Below, piece by piece: positions 1-12,531 of a DNA stretch of 64,000 nucleotides. Location: contig NC_087251.1 in the NCBI RefSeq assembly GCF_037042905.1, positions 21,950,001-22,014,000 on the forward strand, read 5' to 3'. Source of the stretch: Lytechinus pictus (taxonomy: Eukaryota). The notes below the pieces were generated by a model. That model was not told where the DNA came from and did not search any database. It worked only from the letters and a program-made list of their open reading frames with translations. The position numbers were made by a program, and so were the translations under genes. Numbering within the stretch: the first letter of the stretch is position 1; each line of letters opens with the position of its first letter.

Positions 1-1174
1 CTTTGCAGAGTTTCAAATTACCATATAAATTTCAATCATAAAATCACTTCTGAAGGTAAGATTGTTTTCTAAAAGTAAGTGTGGAAACAGCTTTAGTAAA
101 TAGCAAGAGTAAATTTGGATCAGCCAAAACAGTCTAAAGATTTCCATCCCTGTTATTTCATAACTGTCTTTTTCAAGATCCTCTTAAAAAAGAATGTGGG
201 TCAGGTGACACCATTATTGCTCACCTTATGCATTAACCATGAAAAACAAGCCCTTTTATATACTGTCCCATTTATTAAAGGTATGAAATTTAGAGTTTCC
301 CATATTTGTTCTGCATGCACTATATCTTTGATCTACAGGTAAGTGCTTTACCCCCACAAAGAGAACAACAGAAGCTAAATGTATATTAAAGCCAAATTTA
401 CAATTCATCAAGAGTTTTTTTTTCAAGTTTGTACAATATTTTTTTCAGGTTTTGTACATTTGATTTTCCAATCTGTGACATTGCTGTGTGATGGCAAAAA
501 GAAGAGCAATCCTTTTCTTTGTAATGCACTGTTTGATCTCATTGCAAAGGCATGAAAGTGTACCATTTAGTCAAGAAAAAAAAAATCAGTATGTGAACAG
601 ATCATAATTTTGTTCTCTGGATTAAGTTCAGCCTTTTTCTCTGGAATTTGTATTTGTTTGTTCGTACTGCGTATCTTTCCTGATTTAGGCACTGGTATGT
701 TTTCTTAAATTTATGAGAGATTAATGGCCAATTGTGCTGATAATCTAGATATTTAATTGCTGAATATTTATGTCAAATTTGCCTACCCATTGTTAAAATA
801 TTTAAACCACAATCTGAATTAAACTAGACTTCACTCTATACTATAAATGTATTTACTAAAAGAAAAAAAAAATCTCAGGAATTATTTATAGATAATGAAA
901 TTAAGCAAGGCATGATTTTAATGCAAACTACATTTATGATGGGGAAACTAAACAATATGACAAAATTGAAATGCTTATTCCTCAAAATGCCCAATTGACT
1001 TGATCATTATTAAAGGAATAATTATTAAGGATCCCATACCATATGAATGTAAGAAAGATGATTGGATAGATTGATTTGTGATACTTGACTACAGCTCTGG
1101 AACTTCAAGGAAAATCTGTAACTATCTTGGACACCGTCTCACTACCGTTCTAAAACTAGTTTAGTGGAAACTAA

Positions 1175-2121
1175 GACCCCTGTTACATCTGAGAGATTCT
1201 CTACCTTGGGCGGGCCCGGGGCCTACCTCGGGTCGGAAAGAAATCAGATGTAAACATCCCAAACCTACCTCGGGCCACCTTTTAGCGAACCTATACCCGA
1301 GACCACATCCAGAGGTAGTCTTGGATAGGTATCGGGCCGGTCCCGGTCCACCGATTCGTAGATGTAAACGCGCACAAGCTTTCGAACCTATCTCGGTCCG
1401 TTCGCCAGCTGTCAAATTACGTCATAGCGCGCGCTATCCCCTCCCCAGCCCCGTTGTTCTTCGAATGTTTTGCGGCATGCGACATGTGAATTGTGATTGA
1501 TAAAGTCTTTGATTTGAGTGGAAAGAAGGAATCTTCAGCTGCAAACTCCTCGTTCACCACTCGTTGCCAGAAATGCCCCGATCGGTACTTGCTCCAGAGT
1601 ACCCTGTCGCTTGTGCAGCCGTAGCTCATCGCCATTATCAACATCATCGCCATCCTTATTCTCTGCCGACGCCTTTCCTCAAACCTTCTCACTCTGATTG
1701 CCCTTTCCCGAAGAAATTGCTTACGACTTTCCCGAATCAGGGAATACACATTAATATTCTTCATAATGTATTCGAGGGTCTGTACTTTTCGGGGTTTTAA
1801 ATATCTAGAAATAACAACTAACGTACACTATCCGATCGTAACCAAATGGCGAGCTAGCAGCCGACAAGTGTAACGAAATGTAAACAACTTCAATTAGCGC
1901 CCGCAAATTATTCAGAGCCTAGATCAAAAGCGCCCTTTGGTGTCAGCAATCGGATACCGCTCGAAACCGTACCGATAGGGAAGGAAATGAACGATGTGAT
2001 GTAAACAGACCACATTTCGGACTCGGTCCGTTCGCGAAGCTAATCCACCAATAATCCAGTCAAGGTTGCAAGTGGACTCGGTCGGGTCTCGGGTAGGAAA
2101 CTTTCAGATGTAACAGGGGTC
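1175..2121 (-). mobile_element. PIF/Harbinger internal-deletion derivative (947 bp)
   Basis: Perfect 18-bp TIR GACCCCTGTTACATCTGA / TCAGATGTAACAGGGGTC, TAA target duplication (1172-1174, 2122-2124), and a transposase N-terminal fragment inside. Confidence 0.9.
1530..1764 (-). pseudogene. Truncated Harbinger (HARBI1-like) transposase N-terminus
   Basis: MKNIN...RRRQRIRM...DRVLWSKYRSGHFWQRVVNEEF matches the R-x-x-W-x3-RS-x2-(F/W)W-x2-VV segment that precedes the FRM motif in Harbinger transposases. It breaks into unrelated sequence before any DDE domain and lies inside Harbinger TIRs. Confidence 0.7.
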
Positions 2122-4821
2122 TAATTTAACGTGTAATGAGAACGGTCGAAGCGGTCTTGGAAGTGATCTTCCGAACCGGTTCAGAAAACCACCTCACAAT
2201 GTAGTTTTGAAGATCGCTTCACCCTGTTAAACTGGTTTTAGCGTAAGTGAGGACACAACTGTTCTTCGGGAAGCGATCTTCGCACATTTTGAGTGCGCTA
2301 CTCCACACACTATGTGGAATGCCTACGCCGGGGTTTCACATTTTGCGCAAAACATGTCACCCCACTGAGAGTGTTCCCATAGCAACAATACCTCTTTATG
2401 TGAAGTGGTTTTGAAAACCACTTTCTGGTGATTCAATGGGAATGCTAGCAAAGCGATCTTCCAAACTGGTTTCCTTAACCGGTTTCCAGTAAACCGGTTT
2501 TAGATAGTATAATGAGAATCGTGTCTTTGAACGAAAGGGTCTGTTTGTCAGTGTTATTGTGGTACAGGCTGATGCCATTTTTAACATGAGCAGCACATAG
2601 ATGTGTATACTCAGTAAGTTTTTGCTCCAGTTTCCCTATTTATCTTCCGGGGCACCTTGCAAGATTATGTGAAGTCGCAAATACCTGCATGTGATGTGTT
2701 TAAATCGAAGTGAGTTTGTACATGTAGTATTTTTAGCTGTGTTTGTGTTTTTAGCAATGGTTATGAGGTCTGTGATTTCAGGTTGGTAGGCTTCTACAGC
2801 TAAAAAACTTTTGGCTAGCATCCTTTTTTTTTGTAATTTAGAGTGAGAAATGCTGAGATGCTAGCAGATTCAATGAGAGAGTTAAGCAATGAGCTATGAT
2901 GCCATAGAATCTCCATTTCTCCAGTAAAATAGCTGGTGATGATACTCGCTTTCCAGATCTTAAAAGCATAAGTTTTCCTTCGTATTTGAATTCTTGACAT
3001 GCATGAGAACCAGCCTACCCGATCGATCCCATTCCAAATATTTATTTATTTTTACAAAGAAGTTTGAGCTCTTGCTAATTTAACAGTAAATATGCTTTTT
3101 GGGGGGGCTCATTAGAAAGTACTCATTCCAAGACATCTTATAGGATATCGTCATACATTATGTAGAGATACTAGAAAATATCCATGTTATTCTTTCCTCA
3201 ATAAACTTTATGGATTTTACAAGAAGAGATGAACAGTTTCAAATTGGGCTCATTGCAAAATGAAAACAATTTTTTTTAAATGTTAGTAGTGGTTTTGGGG
3301 AATGGGGGGGGGTGTTCAAATGATCTTCTCGGGTCACTACATAAGTCCTGTCCAGTGGAGGGTACAAGATCTGGCTTTGGGGTGAAAAGACTCCAGATCT
3401 TTGGCAGTGCACGGCTCTGGTAGGAGGGGGCAGACCAAAAGGTGTTGCATGAAATGATACCAATGGTGCTTGATTATAAATTTATGTAAATTATCAATCA
3501 AGTCATGCATGAATACACCACCCCCTACTTGGGCATGAGCAACCCTTCATCCCATTTTTGCTTAAAACCATATCGTCAAATAGTTATGGCATCTGAAAAA
3601 GGCAGGGATTTTCTCTTTTTTTTGTAGTTTGTTTGAATAGTTGTCATGATGCAACAAAGAGCCTTGATGGTTAAGACTGACTGCCAGCATGAAGGCTGGT
3701 AATGAGCAAAGGTCTTCACTATGACTTTGTATTGTTATATAATTATAAAAATTGTTATATAATTATAATGAAAAGCTTCTATGGTTAGGACAACCATGGC
3801 AGTGGACTAAATTGATTACAAGAAAATGGCCTTCATTGGTTTTGTTTTTTTCTGGCTCAAGAATAAATGAAGCATAGGGATGTTTCAGCTTGTATTGATA
3901 TATGCCCCTTTTACTTATTTTTCCATCTCTCATCATTTCCGTCATTTTGCATCATCCAGTCCCTATTGTGAAGGACCTGGCTTCGGTGCCATGTTTAGTT
4001 TAATGATAGAAGGTTGTAAAAGACTGTGGGTCTCATGGCAGAAAGGCATAAATGCGCAACTTAATGACCATTTGGATCTTGTCCTATTATCTAACAATAC
4101 AATATTTCAGAATCTTGTTGATGATACCCTGCCATGCATGTAATGGGCAGTTTATCCAATCTGGCTGCGAAAAATATGGTGGAAATCGGGGTTGGGACCA
4201 TGGGTATATAGTTGTCTGAATATTGAAAGGAAAATATGAGAGGTGGGTGAGATTTCATGCCAATTTGAGCAATGTCTTGTGACATATAGTAAGTAATGAG
4301 ACAGATTGAATCGAGCATGCGGATAACAACTGGGTGGACTCGTCAGGAAAATACCAGCCAAAGGGGCGACTGGACTGTGGTTGCGTTCAAGTAACTATTT
4401 TCTCCGTAAATTATGGTTCTGAAGCATGTTCAGGTGTTCGTTTTGTGCTAATTTTCTTATCGTGGATAATGGGTAAATTAACATGAAAGACTGAAAAATT
4501 TCAGGAATCGTTATCATAATTGATTTTGTGTTTATGTTGATGTCATATTGCCATGTACTGGCAGGAATGGGATTGCATGAATTTCAGTAGAACCGTGGCC
4601 GACCTTTTCTTCACACAATCAAATTTCGGTGCAACCCCCCCAAAAAAAAAAATTAATAAATAGATAATAATGATAATGATTATAAGAGTATATGAGTAGA
4701 TAAGTATTAGTAATACAAATAAACAAATGAATAGATTAATTTATTAATCTAGTTATTAAATTAATAAACCAATCTTTCATAAAAATTATAAAGAATCATA
4801 ATAACCTTAAGAAATATCAAT

Positions 4822-5100
4822 AGTGCGTTGTGGCCCAGTGGATTAGTCTTCGGACTTTGAAACAGAGGGTCGTGGGTTCGAATCCCAGCCATGGCATAAT
4901 TTCCTTCAGCAAGAAACTGATCCACAGTGTGCTGCACTCAACCCAGGTGAGGTAAATGGGTACCGGAAGGAAGTAATTCCTTAAAAAGCTGTGTGCGCTA
5001 TGAACGCCTAGCTTAGCCGGGTAATATAGGAGCACCTTGAGCACATAACAAGGTGGATATGTGCGCAATATAAATACCCTATATTATTATTATTGTTATT
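4822..5100 (+). mobile_element. tRNA-derived SINE, family A
   Basis: A box TGGCCCAGTGG (4831), B box GGTTCGAATCC (4875), core tgtgctgcactcaacccaggtgaggtaaatgggtac and (TAT)n tail. Three more copies in the window. Confidence 0.85.
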
Positions 5101-7019
5101 ATAGAAAAGACCTAATAAAAAAGGATGTTCTAATGACAAACATGATTAGTGATTCATGGTCATGTTTCCAAGCTTGAGTGCATGAATGCAGCTATGAAAC
5201 TCTCAACTACTGCTATGGAAATGGAGTTCATCAAACCTAATATATCTATCCCCTGTGTCTATCTGTATGAAACAATCTGGCATGGCCGGCTAATCATTTA
5301 CTGGGTTGAAGATGTTAAGTGTAATCTTGAGGGTGATTTGGTGTTCCATGAAAGTGGTGGTATCGGGTCCAGTTATATGCGTCATAGGTGCATATAAAGT
5401 GTATGTTGAAATTCTCTCGGCACCTGTTAAAGAAATATAATGATGCCTTCATGTCATCAATCACACACATATCTCTCTCATGGTATCCCAAATCCATTCT
5501 GTTTTCAAATTAATCCAAGCAAGTCTTCTCAGCTATTTTTAATATAGAAAACATCTTTTTTAGGTTTTGTTCATTTGAATGGCCATTGAATGTGTAATCC
5601 TCACAATTCACTAATTAAGCTTGATACGTTTGTCATAGTTTTCGTATGCAAGTGGTCAACTTTGTATGATAAGCTGCCCCAAATCTGTCCCCCAAGTCTG
5701 TACCCAAGATTTCACAGTGTTCCTTGTCTGTGTGAAGGGCAGTATCACATGGTGGCAACTGCCCCCACCCCTTGATTTTTCAAATATTAAAAAAATGAAT
5801 AAAGAAAAAGAAGAGAGAAGAGTATAAAATCTGCAATACAGACACAGATTTTCATTGAAAATTTTGATTGTGAAAACAAATGGTTAATTTTTAACATTTA
5901 ATATAAAGGGCTCAGAGAGTATTATTCCTCATCAATAACAACAAATGTGTGTAAAATAAATGTATGCATAGATTTTTTTTTTTAAATATCTAAGTGACAT
6001 TGCCAATGTTTGTTGAATGTGTGTCGCAAAAATTACATATTTTTAACCTTATTTCTCTTTAACAATCTACTCTCTTCTATTCTGAAAATTTTGTACCGGT
6101 ATTCACCTGTCACTTTAATTCGATGATGAAAGGGGCTCGTAGTATTCATTCATTCATGACACCATTTCACGTGGCTTTTGAACGGCGCATGAGAGTTGGT
6201 TATAATCATAGATGATGTTTGTAGTACGATGCCCAGTGAAGCATAATAGCTACTGTTTACCCCAGCATACATGTTCATTCTGTAGTTCAAGTTTGGGAGT
6301 GAGAGTTGTGGAGATGGATGTGATTGAATTTAAACAGTGGGTGTGAGTATTGATGAAATAAAATGAGGTGATATTGAAAGAGACAATATTTGTGGTGTTC
6401 TTTAAAGAATAGTGGATGTTTACAAGTAGGAGACCAGTGAAGTAACAGGAAATTTATTTCATATTCATTCACACTAATAAATCCAAAGAGACTTTTTTAT
6501 TGGAAAAAAATATGTTTGTAGAATAATGTGCATTTTCAATAGAATTTGTTTATATGTACATTTCAAGGTTCAATGCATTATTGAATTCTATTTTCTCATT
6601 ATGATTAAAAATTAGGTCATTTTCTTTCTCTCACTCCTTTGTTAGGTTTCCAGCAATGTGTACTTAGTAATTTTCATTCGAATTCCCAATGAATTGGTAA
6701 TGGATGAATGAATTCATCTTTAAAATAGATTTCTTATTAGGGTATGAAAATCATAAACCTAGCCTTTAATAATTGACCTTTTATTGTTGACCATTAGTGA
6801 GAGTAAGCCTTTCTAATATTTGCCTTAATGATTAACCATTTACCTGTGTCAAGACTGTATAATGACAATGATGGAATGGATATTTGTTGGCATTATCAAT
6901 TTAGTAAAGGGAAGACCTAGTAGCGCCCCCACTATTTTAATATTGAGTTTTGGTAGAAAGCAATATTTTTTTTCATGTTAAGTTGAGGAATAGTATGCAG
7001 ATGTAAATTTCATCTGGCT

Positions 7020-7350
7020 ATTTTTCTCTCTATGATCTAGTTCTCTCTCCCTTTCTCACTCTCATCTGCTCTCCCCCTCTCTCCATCTCTTCCTCTCTTC
7101 ATCATGTTCCCTTTATATTCTCTCACTATACTCACATTCTTCACATTTCTCCTTTCTCCACTTTTCTTGTGTTTTCCTTCTCCTTTCTCTTTTTTATCAC
7201 TTGTCATTCCTGCCTCCTGCTCCTTTGCTCGAACCAATTCTTTCCTTCTCTCTTTGCCTCGTTCTCTCTCTCTCTTTCTCTCTACTATTCCTTCCATTTC
7301 TTCTCATATTCTTCATTCTTTCCATCTTTCTCCAGCTCTCTCCCTCTTTC
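7020..7350. repeat. CT-rich low-complexity tract
   Basis: Polypyrimidine sequence. Similar tracts at ~16340-16560, ~20500-20800 and ~49880-50160. Confidence 0.9.
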
Positions 7351-7793
7351 TACAAGTATAGAATTTTCACCAGGGAGGTCTTCTTGGTGTGAGATGTGAG
7401 AAAAATCTTTGAGGCCCACAAATAACCAAGACAAATCCCAAACAAACATAAAAGAAATGAGCTTTAAAAAACAGCATCCTTAGTGGAAATCTCTGGTACC
7501 CAGTCTAAACTGTGAGTAATGAATTCTAATCTATCCCATGCGTCTTCCTCTATTCGCCTATAGGTGCAATGATATCATTGTGATGTTTTTTTTTTTTCAT
7601 TTTGAATTCTATCGTTGATGAGCTGTAATCGGCCCTTAGCATTTCTGCCTTCCATTTCAGGGTGTGTTTAAACCAACTTTTCAATGGAGTTAGTATTTTT
7701 AGTATTTTTCTTGTAAACAGAATAAAGGTGCAAATAACAGGAATGTTAATGTATAATTTTCACAGAGTCAAGTCAATACTCATCACAGTACCA

Positions 7794-8039
7794 GGCACAG
7801 TGGTTCAGTGGTAGAGCATCCGCATTATGAACGGGAGGTCATTGGTTCAATCCCCGCCCGAGTCATACCAAAGACTTATAAAAATTAGATCTTCTGCCTT
7901 CTTGCTAGGCGCTCAGCATTTAGACTGGAGAAGGGTAATAATAATATTATGTTATGCAAGGCCCACCTGAAGAGCAGTTTCCTAACTGAAGAGGCTACCC
8001 TGGATGAATAATTAAACATTATTATTTCTATCATTATTA
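7794..8039 (+). mobile_element. tRNA-derived SINE, family B
   Basis: A box TGGTTCAGTGG (7801), B box GGTTCAATCCC (7844), then a non-tRNA body (gagtcataccaaagactt...ggcgctcagcattt) and a TAT-rich tail. Confidence 0.75.
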
Positions 8040-8306
8040 CAATCCTCATGGCAAATTTGCAGGTGTACGTAAAGATGTCTTAATCCAAGTTCATTCCAAA
8101 ACACATATTCTGGTCCTTTAGAGTGAAGTATGAACAATAATCACCATTATCACACAATAATACATGTAGGTGTAAACTCTTGTTGATCCTATATTGTACA
8201 AGTTGATTGATTGTTTGATAATTTGAATCATCCACCACCACCCCCAAAAATGGTGATGGTTAGTGGAGTTTCATAACCTGTTTTTTTTTTATCCTTGTAA
8301 TACCTT

Positions 8307-8729
8307 GTTCCCACTGTCGTGCGATCCTTTACGAACGCCACAATTGGCCTTTCGTAACTGATCACAAAAATTTGTGAACCACTCAAAAACTTGCAATGAT
8401 CAATACAAATGCCACGACTGATCTAATATGACCTGATATGGGGGGTGTTTCACAAAGATTTAAGTATGACTTAAATCGCACTTAAATCCCGACGGGTACA
8501 TGATATGCAACGCACAATCTTATTGATCAATACGCTGTAGTGCGCGTCCTCTTGGCATGATCTGACCAATGAGGTCATGCCTTTTATACCGCACGCAACT
8601 TGGCATATAAGTGCGACTAAGTCATACTTAAATCTTTGTGAAACACCCCCTGATCTGACAAGATCACTACGATTACTCCATGATTAAGTACGTTGTTTGA
8701 ATTGTGGCACAAATCTTGACAGTGGGAAC
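8307..8729. mobile_element. MITE interrupted by a nested MITE
   Basis: TIR GTTCCCACTGTC / GACAGTGGGAAC plus subterminal gccacaatt/aattgtggc. Confidence 0.7.
8441..8650. mobile_element. 210-bp MITE nested in 8307-8729
   Basis: 33-bp perfect TIR GGGGGTGTTTCACAAAGATTTAAGTATGACTTA. A diverged relative lies at 60381-60597. Confidence 0.9.
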
Positions 8730-9306
8730 TAAATTTAGAACTAGAATTATTTTAGAACCCATAATTCAAAGGTGATTATCTATTACAAAATATCAAAAAT
8801 TATCTACATGTATATATATATACATTGATTTAGCGATACATTAACAATGCATCAGTTGCCTGTTCAATACCACAGCATATCCCTAAAAGGACCAAAATCT
8901 GACAAATATCCCACAGGCTCATGTACAAAACTTGGCAGTGAATATGAGTCCGTATTCAACAGTCTAGTGCGCATGCGTGACTGCGTGAAATATACAATGC
9001 GTACAACAATAAAAGCAGCAATGCGATGTGCAGCATAGAGCACAATGACACTCAATGACGTCATAATGAACTACCTGTTTAAAGTGGCGAGTCAATGACC
9101 AAATTTGATCTTTTGAAATGATGATGCCATAATTATGTGATAAGTGATATCACTTTCTCAATCAAATTTCTCCCTCTCTTTTTTTTTGGGGGGGGGGGGT
9201 GGGACAGATGATTATGATTGTATTGGATGGCTTTTTTTCATGGAATACCAGAAATATTCCACACGTAAGGGCCAATATTTCACTCATCTGCTATTCGTGA
9301 AATATG

Positions 9307-10075
9307 TTTATACAACACATGTATAGATCCTTGACAGCTGATTGGATGAAAGCGTGTCACATGACATTCAGAGGAATCAGCTATAGCACGCTAAGATATG
9401 CTAGCCGTGCTATAGTCGACTATTGCACGCTCGTGCTATAGTCGACTATAGCACGCTTAAGTAAATGAGCCAGCACTGCAAGATCACTGGGCACACTGAA
9501 CCCATTGATAACCCAGTACACGTTAAGTGAATTAGCGGTATACGCGCGTAATCACTTTTTTGTATATCTCTGACCGATGTACGTAGCACTGCGCATACAC
9601 GTTGCTAAGCTGAACACAATGCGCGTACGTACGTTGCTAAGCAAATTATTCCGAGGGTACGGCTGCGTACCTTCAGGGTTTTATGGAATTCATTCACAAA
9701 TTAGACTTCATGGATCTATGACTTTTATTATGGATCTATGTTGAAAGTACTTGACTCTCCTGGGATTACTGGAGTAAATCTACTCGACGCTCAAAAGACA
9801 ACATTGTAAGCAAAACAAGACCTAATGCGCGTTAGTCATAATTATACTACACTTATAGATCTAGCCTATCTAGATCTAGTCTAAAGTGTAAGCTATCGGT
9901 GTTGTATAAAACAAATATTCAATGTTGTATTCGTGCGACGTTCCGAATATTACATTCGTTGCAAGTTGATACAGCCTATTCAACTCCGCTTCGCGTCGTT
10001 GAATAGACTCAACTTGCACACTCATGCAATATTCGGAACGATCGCACTCATCAACATTGAATATTTGTATAATAT
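9307..10075 (-). mobile_element. Non-autonomous hairpin element (Crypton-like architecture, unclassified)
   Basis: ~160-bp imperfect hairpin at 9911-10068, internal 24-bp palindromes at 9406-9429 and 9432-9455, no TIR or TSD. Shares end motifs with 44442-45015. Confidence 0.6.
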
Positions 10076-10385
10076 ACTCCAGTATTATATAATAATATAT
10101 TTGATGAATAAAGGAAAATGAATTAATGAATTTAATATGAAATGTAATATTTAATGGTTTTAAACATCAGACTTGTGATTTCTTTGCTAAAAGGGAACCT
10201 GAACAATCCATTTGAAATTATGAAAGGGCTTTTTCCCAAGCACAATGTAAAGCGCCCATGAATCTTGATAGAAATGTTTTGATATTGGCCATTTTGGTTT
10301 TATATTATTTTTTATTCAAGTTCACATTCAGTTTCCTACTCTAGATATATTGGAAGTTTCTATCCCTCTGAAAGATACTGTTTAA

Positions 10386-11147
10386 AGGTCAATTCCATGC
10401 ATGAAAAATGTTGATTTTGATAAATAGATAAAAATCAAACTAGCATAATGCTGAAAATGTTATCAAAGTCTGATGTTAAATAAGAAAGTTATGACATTTA
10501 AAATTTCGCTTATTTTTCACAAAATACTTATACGCACAACTCAATGAAATGTAAATGAGTCGATGATGTCCCTCACTCACTATTTCTTTAGGTTTTTTTT
10601 ATTGTTTGAATTAAATCAATATTTCATTTTTTCCAGATTTGACAATAAGGACTGACTTGACTGAACCACAGTAGTAATTCCACATGTTCAGGGAGGAATA
10701 TAACTTTGTTTTACAGGACAATGAGGAGAAAATTAAAATATTTAATATAATGAAATACAAAAGAAATAGTGATAGAGTGACGTCATCTAGGATGTGACCC
10801 TTTGCACGTTAAGAACCCACTGCACTATTCGAATAAGAGTAGGGGGGAACCCTGGTGTAGTGGTCCACCTGCATTCCCCCAACCAGTTATTTCGGGAGGA
10901 GAGACCTGCGGGTCACAGTTTTGTGTACGCGCCCTTCTAGGCGACCCAGATTGGCTGGCTCCTCCAAAAATGCGCCTTTGAATGTCTTTGACAGATATAT
11001 GGTGCTATACAAATGCTGCGCATCATCATCATCATGTGCATATAACTGTTTTGTGAAATTAAGCGGAGCTTGAAAATGTCATAACTTTACATCAGATTTT
11101 GATGAAATTTTCAGTGTTATGCTTGTTGGAGATTTCTCATTTTATTT
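10386..11147. mobile_element. Kolobok-type TTAA MITE, interrupted by a SINE, right TIR missing
   Basis: TTAA|AGGTCAA start; homologous to 36630-37212 on both sides of the SINE. Confidence 0.75.
10788..11035 (+). mobile_element. 5'-truncated DeuSINE-like element
   Basis: gttaagaacccactgcactattcgaataagagtagggggg...ccctggtgt resembles the Deu domain of DeuSINE/AmnSINE1 (recalled consensus, not aligned). (CAT)5 tail at 11021-11035. Inserted inside a TTAA MITE. Confidence 0.65.
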
Positions 11148-11561
11148 GCATCTCCTCTTTGTTGTGGTTGACTTGTCATTTGATAATTAATCCAGAAATA
11201 GTTGCTTTTATCAGTGTATGTAGATTTGATACAAGATACATTAATCAGTGTATGTAGATTTAATACAAGATCAAGGTTATTTAAAGTGCAAATATGAGAG
11301 AAGTAGCACATGTCCTAAATATATTCACTTGCTAGAACAGAGATAGAGTGTCATCTTTAAAAAACAACTATGACATTTACTATAATGGTCAGTAAGCCCA
11401 GTTTCTCATTTATTATTGAACATACATATGAATAATTGACCATTTGTCTCCGGGATAAACTACTAAATTTGGTGTGTAGAGCCTTTTTTCTTGTCATTTT
11501 GACACTTTTGACAATGTCCTTGATTTTGACTGGAAATTATTCATTGTAAGAGCTAGGATGA

Positions 11562-12531
11562 TTTTTGTCTCACCTGCATAGCAGAGTGAGACTATAGGCG
11601 CCGCTTTTCCGACGGCGGCGGCGACGGCGACGGCGGCGGCGGCGTCAACACCAAATCTTAACCTGAGGTTAAGTTTTTGAAATGACAGCATAACTTAGAA
11701 AGTATATGGACCTAGTTCATGAAACTTGGCCATAAGGTTAATCAAGTATTACTGAACATCCTGCCTGAGTTTCATGTCACATGACCAAGGTCAAAGGTCA
11801 TTTAGGGTCAATGAACTTAGACCATGTTGGGGGAATCAACATCAAAATCTTAACCTAAGGTTAAGTTTTTGAAATGCCATCATAACTTAGAAAATATATG
11901 AACCTAGTTCATGAAACTTACACATAAGGTTAATCAAGTATCACTGAACATCCTGCATGAGTTTCACGTCACATGACCAAGGTCAAAGGTCATTTAGGGT
12001 CAATGAACTTTGGCCGAATTGGGGGTATCTGTTGAATTACCATCATAACTTTGAAAGTTTATGGATCTGATTCATGAAACTTGGACATAATAGTAATCAA
12101 GTATTACTGAACATCCTGTGCAAGTTTCAGGTCACATGATCAAGGTCAAAGGTCATTTAGGGTCAATGAACTTTGGCCAAATTGGGGTATTTGTTGAATT
12201 ACAGCCATAAATTTGAAAGTGTGTTGGTCTAGTTCATAAAACTTGGACATAAGAGTAATCAAGTATCACTGAACATCCTGTGCGAGTTTCAGGTCACATG
12301 ATCAAGGTCAAAGGTCATGTAAGGTCAAAGAACTTTGGCCACGTTGGGGGTATTTGTTGAATTGCCATCATATCTCTATAAGTGTATTGGTCTAGTTCAT
12401 AAAACGTGGAAATACGAGTAACCAAGTATCACTGAACATCTTGTGCGAGTTATAGTAGTTTTCAAAATCAGCACTGCTGCTATATTGAATCGCGTGATGC
12501 AGGTGAGACGGCCAGAGGCATTCCACTTGTT
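11562..12531 (+). mobile_element. Non-autonomous Helentron-associated element (HINE/Tsp/pearl/DINE-1-like), copy 1
   Basis: T-rich insertion site, subterminal IR GTCTCACCTGCAT (11567) / ATGCAGGTGAGAC (12497), 5' hairpin GTCTCAC..GTGAGAC, (GGC)n microsatellite, ~160-190-bp tandem cores and ccacttgtt end. Confidence 0.85.

Larger units (their letters stand above)
1130..2526. mobile_element. Older MITE interrupted by the Harbinger insertion
   Basis: Imperfect TIRs gacaccgtctcactaccgttctaaaactagttt / aaaccggttttagatagtataatgagaatcgtgtc and repeated internal aagcgatctt/aaccggtt motifs. The sequence is continuous across the TAA when the inner element is removed. Confidence 0.7.

Noticed and set aside
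3731..3768. Short tandem duplications (also ~11208-11270 and ~51881-51928)
   Set aside because: Ordinary slippage duplications in AT-rich DNA.
3880..4361. Cluster of short ORFs in slightly GC-richer sequence (also 5149-5497)
   Set aside because: No recognisable domain; may be a decayed TE but I cannot support a call.
4822..4895. tRNA-like sequence (also at 7794-7865, 35446, 53140 and 62299)
   Set aside because: A and B boxes are present, but there is no proper acceptor stem and each continues into a SINE body and tail.
7037..7399. Overlapping Leu/Ser/Phe-rich and Glu/Arg/Lys-rich ORFs (also at 16267-16599 and 20427-20692)
   Set aside because: Stop-poor polypyrimidine tracts, not genes.
11700..12450. 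Regularly spaced repeats resembling a CRISPR array
   Set aside because: Whole 160-190-bp units repeat with no unique spacers; eukaryotic context and no cas genes.
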